Positions 24,301-36,300 of a DNA stretch of 64,000 bases are shown piece after piece. The position numbers and the translations under genes are program-made. Positions within the stretch are counted from its first letter, which is position 1, and the number at the start of each line of letters is the position of its first letter. The stretch covers positions 186,001 through 250,000 of the forward strand of contig CATNEN010000028.1 of NCBI GenBank assembly GCA_950097015.1, read 5' to 3'. This DNA is from Macrostomum hystrix (lineage: Eukaryota; Animalia; Platyhelminthes). The notes beneath the pieces were generated by a model. The model ran no database searches. It had not been told where the DNA came from and was given only the letters and a program-made list of their open reading frames with translations.

Positions 24301-27300
24301 CTTCATTTGGCCAGTCTGTTCTTAAGTCCGCCCAGACCTTCGAGAGTTCAAGCTCAGCAACCCTTGTAGAGAGAACAATGGGACATTCTAACAGATTGAA
24401 TGCATTTTCGGCCAAAACTGTTTCAGAACTGCAGCTGTTGGTTTGAGAAGGCAGAGATTTTTTTCTCGCTTTATGTTTAACCCGCTTATTTAGTGCCTGA
24501 CGACATTGCACTCACCTTATGTGAAATATACTTTGCGTGAATCGAATTCAGTTAACCCGATGTTTTGAGCTGAAATCTAGTTTTTTTACTCATACGAGCT
24601 CGTATTTTGCCTATTGCAAATAGATTATTTCAAAAAGGGCTATTTTGTGATGAGCACAGTGAGCTGGTCAGATTATTGGTGCGCAGCTGGACTCTGAATT
24701 TCGTCAGACCGGCCACTCCGGGCGGAACCGCGGGTTTCTGGGTCTTGTATCTGCCTGGTGGGATAGCCTTCTTCTCTTGCCGAGCGGATGGCTTCTCTAA
24801 CTACGAACTCATCGATCAGTGGGTTGTCTGTGAATGACGGGGCTCTACAGGATGACTCTGCATGGCGTGTGTTTTAGAACGGCCAGATTTGGTGAAGCTT
24901 CGACTCCCGTGCAAGGACCACTATGAGTAGAACTTCTACTCCTAGTGGTGGTCCTTGCTCCCATGCTGGGTGGTAGGCATTGACTTCACCCGCGATTCGT
25001 GCCGCCTGCTGAGATAGGAGGTCCTTCAGGCTCTGGATATATCCAGACGGGCAGCTACTTTCAGGTGGCGCGTAGAAATGGTGCACCTGCAGCGGCGGTT
25101 GGCAATTAAGCTGCGAGAATCTGATAGGAGTGGTGGAACAGGCCGTAATAAGGGCCGCCGCCGGCGTGGTTGTTGGCGCTTCGATCCTTTCTTAGCGTGG
25201 CATAGTTGGAGAAGGCTGATTACTGATTTGCTGGTAGGGTTTCAGCTTGTTCTTGAATTGTCGCCACTTTAATTTTGTTGGCGTCTATAAAGGCTTCGGT
25301 CTGTTTGTTTCGGACACCATAGCAGTTCCATTGCAGAATAGAGAACTCCGGCACTGGCTTTGAGTCAATGTCGCCAGCTCTAATAGGAAGTATGCAGGAG
25401 AGCACGGCGGGTCGGCTTGTGCCTCTCGCAATTCAAAAACCTGACTCTGTTCCGATACTGTTCCCGATGGGAGAAATTTGTGTCTACTTGCAGCTGTTCC
25501 GGAGATCTGCTGGCACTTCCACCACGAGCAGGCGGACTCTTCAGAAGCATCAACAACAGGTATTGGTGAAACCGTTTGACGGCGAAGGCGATCGCAAGAG
25601 CCTTCTTCTCAATCTCCGAAAAGCGTCTTTGAAGCTATTCGATAGCGTCTTCGAGGTTCTCCAGAATCTTCTCAAGCTGTCTGCTGTCTCCTGCCGGCGC
25701 CTGGTTGATCTGAAAAGCGAACAGATTCGACCAGTTCAGTCGCACTTTCTCCAACCAGTTGCGACCTAGCCGGCGGCAGGAGCCCGTGAGATGTTGAGCA
25801 TGAGTCATGATGAGAGGCTTAACTTTGATTTGCAGGTACACGCTGATCTTCTTGACGTTCGCCATGATGTATGAAGTGTATTAGAAATAATTCTCCAATA
25901 GGTCGCGAATTTGGCCTCAAAGTGATGTGGAGTGTGCTGCGGGAATCGAGTGGGAGTGTGAGCCAGCATAATTTTTCAAATTTTTAAGTGTCTAATAATT
26001 GCGACCCACGTAGCAGCTGGCCGCAAACACGATCATTAATCTTAGGGCCGGGTTTGAGGCGGCGGTGAATCAAGTAGCTGTCGAATCCTCTCTCTCCGGA
26101 GTTGTCTAGACTCCCCGTAGGAATGACTGATCGCGGCCATAATGTTACTGTATGAACTAGTTTAGGTCATAATTCCCCTCCAAACCGCGATCAGATATAG
26201 GGGCTCACTCGCGCGTTATGAGTGATCATTAAATTCTTCATGTCCCCTCTTCTTTACAGTAGTCGAGCCCAGCTCGACTTTATGACCTCCCTCCTTTAGA
26301 TACATGTAAATGTCACTGTAGGCAGGTCGGCGCCTGCGCTTCCCATTGTCCCGGCGGAGTAACAATCGCTGGCTGACTGCCGACGGCTGTTCGCGCAGAA
26401 CATCTGTCGTTTCCCGCCGCCGGTTCATTGGGCAATTGGGGCGGCAATCGCCGCTTCAATTCCTCGATGACAGGCTGGCGCGAATGTGGGTTGCTTTGAT
26501 GGATGTCGGGGTTGGCGTGCTGCAAGGCCTATTTAAGCAAGCGCGCTGCGCTGCTCCCTCTTGGACCGTTTTCTCCCGCCGGCTCTTCCCCTTCTCCCCC
26601 GCCGGACTTACCTAAGCCGGGCCGGACTCCCACCGGACCCAGAGCACTATTCCCGACCACGTAGGGCTTAGACCCTTGAGCCTTGAGCTCCGAGCAGATA
26701 AGCACAGGCCAATTGCCTGTTCCCATTCCCTAAGCGCAAGCCACCTCTTAGGTGAGCTCTAAATTGAGCCTTTGAGCTCCCAGTGCGTTGGCCCCTGCCA
26801 ACTCGCAGAAGTTTCCTTCCTCTGTCTTACTGCTTTGCCCATTCCTTTCTCCCCGAGAACAACGGGACTGCAGCACGCGGCCAAACGAGACCCAGCTAAG
26901 TAATCCGCGCAGCGGTTTGTTATTGTTAATCCTAAGGGACAATTTTACTTTTAGTTTAGGCGGCATTTAGTGGGAGGGGAGTTAGGGAAGTTTTCAGCCT
27001 AATAAAACCACTTAATCTAAAGCACCTTTAACTTATTGGGCTAATTTTTAACATCAACCTAATTTTTACTATGTCTCCTTTTCACCTTTATTTTCTCATT
27101 AGACAGCCCTCTACCATGAGTGGCTAATCTATTAGGGGGATGGGCTCTGGCACAGCCGAGCTGAAAGCTGCGGCAGGAAGGCGATTGTGAGCGCGCATGA
27201 GAGTAATATGGAGCTAGGGATTTGTAAGTAAATGCGGAGGGTAGCATGTGCATTTTCCTTTCCAGGGGGTTGGGGGAATCCTTGGCCGGTTTTCCTTCTC

Positions 27301-30300
27301 CCTCTTGGGTGGGTTCAAGGTACGTGTCGAGCTCCCTTTCCAATGGAGTTTTCCCGCTGTCCCCCTTTCGCACCTGCGGCCACGGGAACGAGAGTGATGT
27401 TCAATTAATCTCACGCTTGCATAATCACTCAGCCAGTGTTCAGCTTAACCTCTCCTGCCTCTGTTTTCCTCAACTCGCACAGACTCGGATTGCTAGTTAT
27501 CTAATGTGTAGGCTGCAGTCTAATGTACCGAATGTGTCTGATGTTTCATGAGTAGGATTCTGGCTATGGATTTCTCTTTCGGGTTCGGAGTACCACCTTT
27601 CTAGACCACTGTAGCGCAAATTCAGGAATCCCCTGGTGAGGCGTGTCTCGATCCATTCTGGGGTCTTCACCCTAGTCTAAAACGGAAGTTACAGAAGGCT
27701 CTATTTTTTCGGCTTGTCTAAGATCTGTGTGACAAACTAGGAGCCGCGAGCTCCGGGGACCCAAGTTTCCAAATGTCTGCGGTGGCAACGCAGGCGCATT
27801 GGGTGGTGGCGCTACCCTAGATCATTTTCCGCTTTGCCGATAGCCTTTCCGCATTTCTAAGACAAGAGCCTAGGCCGAGTCGACCACTGCTACCAAGTTT
27901 AGGAGTCAGTTACGAACATGCTACTGATGACAGTAGGCTACCTAGCCCTGTCCTATCCGCTTGCGGGTAGTCCGACATCTATTTAGACTTTTAGCCGGTT
28001 TCGAGCACTGCTTGGGGTAGGCACGGCAGTCATGCCTGTGGCCTATGGGTTGAGTGGGACTGGCCAGCCTGAGGCCGAGAGGACCACTCCCTGCATCCAC
28101 TGTCTCTCCCTTCATCTCTGCCTTCATCCCTCTTTCCGCGGCAACTCGCGAGCCTTTGCGGTATGACTTCCGACTCTATCGCCATCCCCACACTCCTTTC
28201 CTTCACGAGGACAGATCATCGGATTGCAAACCCGCAGCTATTTCAAAAGTAGGATTTGTGGGTTTTGTTGCCCTTGTCAAATTGGTGCTTTGGCAGTTAA
28301 GCATCACTTCGATGTTGATCTTTGCACTTTAGTCGGGACGGGAAAGTATAGTTATCAATATTTACAGGGGCCAATTAACATTGTCGGGCATGAGACAACT
28401 CAGAATTAGGAAAACCACCCTCCTTTACAATGTGTAGAAGAGACACTCGAGAGAAGAAACAGGAAGCTTTAAGAAACTCTGCCCTTTTTGCTATAGCTAC
28501 TTACATTTTCGGATCATTGATTTCAAACTTCTCTACTGTGGCCAGCAGCAAACTAAAGTACCCAATTTATGCGACACTTAGTTGAAATCGATAGAAATAC
28601 ACTTCTACAGTGCACAACACCGTTCTCTAAATGTTCCGAAAGGTGGCTGCGACTGCTAGGTAATTAGCAAGGCTAAAAAACCAAGCCTTGGCAATGCTAA
28701 CTAAATGCGGGGCACAGTTTATCTCGCCCTCCAAAATACAGTGCACCGTTTTAGAGTTTTTGGACAATGGTCGAATTCGCCAACCTGAGCATTTTAAGCC
28801 CATATCTATTTTACAGTTCAATGCATTTCAATACAAAGGCCAATTTGAGCTCGCACTCACAAAGGCCAAGGGCACGTGGAAGATGCTTTTTTGTACCCCG
28901 CCATTCTGATGACCGGAAAAACGTGCAAACTTGGAATGTATAAATCAGAGGCCTCTGAAAGCTGTATGTACCTCCAAGCCAAAGCTAACTCTCAGCTTCT
29001 CTACTTGCTTCATCAAGCAACAGCAGCGAAACAAACATGAAGTGGCAGTTTGGTCTCGGACTCCTGCTCTGCGCAGCTCTGGCAGTCGCCAGGCCCAGCC
29101 AGGAGCTGTCGGAGGAGGATGCGGAGTCGCTGGCGGCGCTGGAGGCCCTGGCTGACCTGGACGAGTCGGGCATGTCGGAGGAGAAGGCCGCCGAGGTGGA
29201 GAAGAAGTTCCGCATCCGGCTGCGCCGCATCCGCATCAGGTGGAGGCACGTGTTGCGCGTCGCCAACACGGCTTTCAGGATTATCCGCAAGCTGCCTATT
29301 GGCAAGTAGGTGCTTCTCTGCAGAACCTGGCCACGGACCTGGACTCGCCCACGATGTGTTCCTATGCTATTGAGCAGAGAACTGATTGCGTGTTAAAATT
29401 TCAGCAGCAGCTGGCCGATTTGTTTAGCTTTAAAATACTCGTATGGCCGTACGTATCGGCCATGGTTTTAAATGTAAGCTCCACGCAAATAATCATTCAA
29501 ACTGAACTGTTGCGGTGGCCCGATTTTTCATAAATTGCCTGAACGACCTTGCACGGTTGGAATCAGACTGGCTATACCATTAGAATAATGAGTGAGTCGA
29601 CGGCGCAATTGTGTCTAGCAATTACACCTAGTCACCAAAAGAAGGAGGAGAGGCATTGAAACCCCTTCACTGAGGTATCAATGAGCGAAGCAATAAGAGC
29701 ATCGCCAAACATAAGCCAAGATTAGGCTGTCAGGCGCAAGTCTAGTGTAGGTGAGCAATGTTCAAATACCGATCGCATGATAATTGCCAAATTTGTCAAT
29801 AAAAGCTCATTTGATTATGGCACAATCAGTTTTGTCTTTTATGAGGATGTGAAACACTAATTTAGCGTTTCTAACGTGGCGTTTCTTTTCAGTAGGATGT
29901 CCTCATTTTGAAATTCTATGGCCAAACTTCATATAACTGGTATATAATTATACGATATAACTGGCTTCAAAACGAGGTCAATTATACGAATCATTTGTAT
30001 TTCAGCAGAATTTAACGAGAAGGAACAAGTAGTAAAACGCTGCGTAGAAGCACCAGAAAGTTTTTTAGAAGAATGCATATTGTCACGCACTCACTCCCTA
30101 AGTAGTCACTCCCATGTAATGGTCACGATGTTGCCGTTGGCAATTCGAGATGCTCGTTGGCGTCCTCAGGCTTGGCGACCATAGCCTTGGTGATGCTATG
30201 CAGCGTCCTGGAGATGTGTACATGGTCACGTGAGTCCAGGGTTATAAACTCGTATCTCTCAACAGCACTGCTGGAGTGACTCGTGATCCGTGCAATGTCA

Positions 30301-33300
30301 CTGCATTGGACACCAGCTTGGTGCATGGTGGTAGCGCAGGTCTTGCGAAGCGACTGGTTTGTGAACCTGCCCGAATCCTCATGACCAGCCGTCAGAGTCT
30401 TGACAATCCCGTCTAGTGTGTGGCGCCCCAGTGGAGCATTCTGAAACCACTTTCCTGCTTGAATTGCTTTCTCACACCGGTAGTAGCTCAGGAAAAGATA
30501 GGTCAAGCTGCATTCCTCAGGACGCTTAGCGTCATACGTCTTATACAGGCACACCAGGCAACGTTCGTGGCTGGGTGTATGGTACGAGCGAATCTCACGG
30601 GACGGGCCACGCTTCATTTTCAGTCCTCGATTGTTTGTCTTGGTGGCCCTCTGTTCCGTGAACAGTAGACATTCGCCTTGTACATCCGTGCGGAGAACGA
30701 TGTCTGTTGTGTTCTAGAGAATGTAGTTCAGATCCGCCACGAAGTGCGAAGTTCTTTGCAACGTAAAAAATGACCGTGAACACCAATTGCTTTGGTGTCG
30801 CCTGGCCAAGGACACCACTTTGCCACAACTTTACTTCAACGTCCTGGCCGATAAGCTGGCTCGCTCTCCGGCCTGGAATGTTGCCATCCCGCACAGTTTC
30901 CTTCATTGCGGCATCCAGAGCCAGCCTTGCTTCGGAGAGGGGGGTGAGTGGAAGAGCGGTTAACGCGTTTGCCTCTCGCACCACGGTCCCTAAGTTCGAT
31001 TCCACGGCGAGGCCACATTTATTTGGGGCGCAGCCGCGGAGAGAAGGCTTTGGGGCTTGTCGTGCAATTGACGCCCTACAGTTGAAGCTGGTACCCATTT
31101 AACAGCTGGGTGAACTGAAGCAATGCAGGCTTAAGTGTCTTGCTGATGGACAAAACTTGCTCCAGTGGATTTCGGGAATCGAACCCCTACTTTCGAATCG
31201 TGAGTCCGAATGGGTCTGATGCTCAAAACACTATGCTACAAGCCCTACTAAACTACTCGTACATAGGCAACCCCTGCTAGGCTACTGCACTCCCTGATTG
31301 AAGTGCACAAAATACAAGCTTAAATATTTAATTCAACGATGCTGATGGCTAGGCCACGTATGTGCTAGTACCTCTACTGAGAACTACTTTTCTGAAAAGA
31401 TTCTTTCGCATCTCACACCTGAATAGCCCCATTCATTAAAGTAATATGTGTTACAGTGGCAAGCACTGCATGAGGACTTGAACGCACCCATCTATACACT
31501 CTTGTGTGTGCTTTTGTGCTCATGCAGTGCAATGAGAGCGAATTGTGCATTGCAACTTATTCAATAAAGTAAGCACAATGCTTGCCATTCTGGTCGCAGT
31601 TAGCAAAAGGTTTACAAAGATTTAAGCAGCGAACTTGCCATATAAAATTTCATTAAGACCTACAATAGACAGCTCGAACGCCTGCGCCAGTCCGTTTAGC
31701 CTCTCTCTTGCTTGACTAGAACCGTGACTCCTAAACTGTAGCAGCAGTGACACGAGCATGCGGTGGCAGTTGGCTCTCGGACTCCTGCTCTGCGCAGCTC
31801 TGGCAGCCGCCAGACCCAGCCAGGAGATGTCGGAGGAGGATGCAGAGTCTCTGCAGGCCCTTGAGGCCCTGTCAGACCTGGACGAGTCTGACGTGGCTGT
31901 TGAGAAGGCCGCCGAGCTGGAGAAGAAGTGGCGACAGCACAAAGTTCGCCTCCGCCTTAGACGGCTCATGAGCTTGGCCGCCAGCCTCTACTGGGCGAGG
32001 GTCAAGGGCTGATGCTGCTGTTGAACACGGACCTGCATTGACTCAACTCAAACTCTCCACTGATTATCGAATAATATTTTCTCGCCTGCGTCTGAAATAT
32101 AATAACGAACACTGGCTGGAAATAGAAAATTTTAGTCCTTAGTCTTTACATAATATTTTATTATTTTAGGCGAGAAAATATATTGTAAAAGCGACTGCTA
32201 TACACAGCGAATATTCTTGTTCTCGTGCATAATTTTGCTCTTAAAGCTAGCTCACACTGCCATTGTGCGGCAAAAACACAATTCTGCATTTTTTATCGAG
32301 TTAACGATCAAACAATTGTGCACAAAACACTTTATTTCATTGCAGCTTAAGCCTTTACATTTACAGTAAAAATCCATCCAAATATCAAAACCAATCAATC
32401 AACCCTCGATAAAGCAAAGCTAATGTACGTGCAGCTCGTAATAAAATCAGAAAACTTTTATTTTTAGGTTTCGCTACGGCCGCTGGATTCACAATGCGAA
32501 CATCTGCGTTTACACATTGTTCTTAGCGGCGCTGACATCATTTGTGTGGCTGCTGTCCTCCACATTGCACATTGACGACAACAGCATCGCTGAGCTTTGC
32601 TCATTCAGGGTAGGGCTTTGAACACGCTATGTTCCCTGGGGAAAGAGCACGCTATGTTCCCTGGGGAAAGAGCACGCTATGTTCCCTGGGGAAAGACCAT
32701 GCTATGTTCCCTGGGGAAAGACCACGCCATGTTCCTTGGGGAAAGACCACGCTATTTTCCCTGGGGAAAGACCATGCTATGTTCCCTGGGGAAAGAGCAC
32801 GCTATGTTCCTTGGGGAAAGACCACGCTATGTTCCCTGGGGAAAGACCATGCTATGTTCCCTGGGGAAAGAGCACGCTATGTTCCCTGGGGAAAGAGCAC
32901 GCTATGTTCCCTGGGGAAAGAGCACGCTATGTTCCCTGGGGAAAGAGCACGCTATGTTCCCTGGGGAAAGAGCACGCTATGTTCCCTGGGGAAAGACCAC
33001 GCTATGTTCCCTGGGAAAAGACCATGCTATGTTCCCTGGGGAAAGACCACGCTATGTTCCTTGGGGAAAGACCACGCTATTTTCCCTGGGGAAAGACCAT
33101 GCTATGTTCCCTGGGGAAAGACCATGCTATGTTCCCTGGGAAAAGACCATGCTATGTTCCCTGGGGAAAGAGCACGCTATGTTCCTTGGGGAAAGACCAC
33201 GCTATGTTCCCTGGGGAAAGACCATGCTATGTTCCCTGGGGAAAGAGCATGCTATGTTCCCTGGGGAAAGACCATGCTATGTTCCCTGGGGAAAGAGCAC

Positions 33301-36300
33301 GCTATGTTCCCTGGTGAAAGACCACGCTATGTTCCCTGGGAAAAGACCATGCTATGTTCCCTGGGGAAAGACCACGCTATGTTCCTTGGGGAAAGACCAC
33401 GCTATTTTCCCTGGGGAAAGACCATGCTATGTTCCCTGGGGAAAGACCATGCTATGTTCCCTGGGGAAAGAGCACGCTATGTTCCTTGGGGAAAGACCAC
33501 GCTATGTTTCCTGGGGAAAGACCATGCTATGTTCCCTGGGGAAAGAGCACGCTATGTTCCCTGGGGAAAGAGCACGCTATGTTCCCTGGGGAAAGAGCAC
33601 GCTATGTTCCCTGGGGAAAGAGCACGCTATGTTCCCTGGGGAAAGAGCACGCTATGTTCCCTGGGAAAAGACCACGCTATGTTCCCTGGGAAAAGACCAT
33701 GCTATGTTCCCTGGGGAAAGACCACGCTATGTTCCCTGGGGAAAGACCACGCTATGTTCCCTGGGGAAAGACCACGCTATGTTCCCTGGGGAAAGACCAC
33801 GCTATGTTCCCTGGGGAAAAAGCATGCTATGTTCCCTGGGAAAAGACCACGCTATGTTCCCTGGGAAAAGACCACGCTATGTTCCCTGGGGAAAGAGCAC
33901 GCTATGTTCCCTGGGAAAAGACCACGCTATGTTCCCTGGGAAAAGACCACGCTATGTTCCCTGGGGAAAGAGCACGCTATGTTCTAAGGAAGAAAAAATG
34001 GTTGGCATTTGAAATACCCCCGTGATCTTTTTACTGTTAAATAAAGCAACCATTTTATGCAGATTACTAGGAATATTGGTCTGATAAAAAACAAACTTTT
34101 TAACCGAAAGACTGCCAAAATCCTACGTCTTGTCCTTCAGTATTACAAGCAGAGCGATCCTGTTGCCTACAACGCCAAAATGTACCTGCCTGTCGTTCTA
34201 ATTAGTGCGTTCTCCATTTTGAATCTGCTCAAAGAACTACTGCAGATTGTGCAACAGGTTTGAAATAGACATTTCCTTGTTATTTTCGGGAATGTCAGAA
34301 TGAATCCATGTGCGTAATAAACTTCAATTTCAGAGACTGCGGTACTTCAAGGATCTCATCAACTACTTGGAACTGGTTCTCTACAGCAGTTCCCTGGCAT
34401 TTGTGTTCCCTTTTTACCTGGGCCATTCGATGGACATCCAGTGGAAGTGCGGCTCGGTAGCCATTCTACTCGCGTGGATCAACTTCCTGATGTTCTTCCA
34501 ACGGTTGGTGTTGTTTGAAATTGCGCTTTATAAACTGTCCTAATTGAGCGATCTCCTATTTTAGATACAAGCTCACTGGCATCTATGTGGTGATGTTCCA
34601 GCGAATCGCCAAAACACTATTCAAGGTGATCGCTGTATTCTCACTTCTGATTGTGGGTTTCGGATTAGCCTTCTATATTCTCTTGCAGTACAATCCATCG
34701 CAATCGTTGGAACAACTAAAACACGTGAGGTTCCCAGAGTGTTACTTTTAAGAGTTTTCGTGTCGCGTACTGTTAAACTACTATCAAAACAACAATAGCC
34801 GAAATAGGACGAGAAAAGTATTTTTTTAAGCTTTCGCTTCTCACACGCCTTTGAAACTAAATTTTAGAGCAATGAATCGCAGGGCGACATTCCGAAGTTT
34901 ACAAAAATTTATTCGGTAAGGTGCGAATAGCAGTGTCTTTAATTATCCTCCAGCGCAGACAATTGCTCTTTGACGAAGACATAACAAGTTCACGTGCGGA
35001 CAAGCTCGCCGCTTAGTTCGACAATTATAAATTTCAGAATGAGCAATGGTGTAGCGGTATAATATAGTGCAAATTCTAATGGCAAACCTGTAATGGTCAA
35101 TGGGTGTGGAGTTTAAGATTAGTGTACTCTGAACTTAATATAGATTAATCATATGTATATTTCTAATTAGTCTAGTATGGTTCAACACGAAACTCGATCT
35201 AGCCTTGAGCTGATTTGGATATTTATCGTAAGCCGGTGTAACACTAGCTGTACAGGTAAGGCCGACTAGGGCAGAGAGTGTAACTAAGTCAGTACTTGTA
35301 AGCAATTTAAATCTATTTAAATTTAATTCTTAAATTTAAAGATACAAAGCTAAATAAAATCGAAAAATACTGGAATAAAGAAAAAACTACAATAAGAATA
35401 AATGTGTTTATCACAATATAGAAAATAAAACAATAAACACAATACCATTAACTACAATTTACCGTAAATAGCAAACATCTATATCATCATAGCTCTCTTC
35501 AACTATCCGTAAGGTCATGCGTGAACTCGACAAGAGTCAAATTGCGACAAGTGGCCCTGAACTGGTTGACAATGTCACCGAATACATGGCACAGTGCTTT
35601 CCAGCCAGGTACAGTTTGAAACAGCCACTGGATAGAAATGTGGCTCTTGAAGCTTGGAATGATCCGCTGCTGGCCATTGTCAAGACCAGCCTGATGATGA
35701 TTGGCGAGATCGACTATGTGGGCACCTTCCTCAGTACAATGCTGGACGGTGACACGCGGACAAATCACCACGATTGGTTCAGCCTGCTTCTGCTGCTACT
35801 GTTTGTTGCTCTGATGCCCATATTGCTCATCAATCTTATGGTGAGTAGATGGCATATCTTGTGTACAGCTGTTCAGTCCGAGGACTAGTGGCCACTATAA
35901 AACGCTCGAATTCCTACCTCACTTAATTATCAGTTAAATGCTGAGCGAACTGAATGAATCAGGAATTAAGTGTATTGCTCATGGACACTCCCTAGGATGA
36001 GATTCGAACGGATATTTACTCTCGAACCAAGGTCCCTGAGCTCAATTCCGCAATTCCGCGGCGAGGCCACATTCATTTTGGAACGCACAAGTCGAGAGAA
36101 GGCTTGGCGGCTTGTCGTGCAATTTACGCCACTGAGTGCCAACCTCCAAGGCACAGTGAGGGTGTACACTGCCTGACGATAGAAAAGTATCCGTATCCCT
36201 GCCGAATGGGCAGAATTGCATCCTCGCTGGTTGCGGTTTAACTATCGCTAAATTATGGGTCTATACTAAGCCCCAGTAAATTATTTTTTTATAATTGAGA

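Noticed and set aside
26216-28409. Several 60-105 aa ORFs in the spacer between peptide genes 3 and 4
   Set aside because: No recognisable motifs or splice structure; likely decayed repeat sequence.
28903-28940. CTGATGA-CCG-GAAA resembling a minimal hammerhead ribozyme
   Set aside because: No valid stem III/UH/stem I arrangement. The sequence is better explained as the shared peptide-gene promoter motif (the paralogue has CCGATGA).
19213-29373. Antisense and alternative-frame ORFs over the peptide genes (e.g. 19315-19551, 21823-22080, 23733-24008, 28985-29305)
   Set aside because: Shadows of GC-rich coding sequence; no signal peptide or independent conservation.
32597-34025. 450-470 aa repetitive ORFs
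   Set aside because: Translations of a 25-bp satellite lying in a TRPA1 intron.
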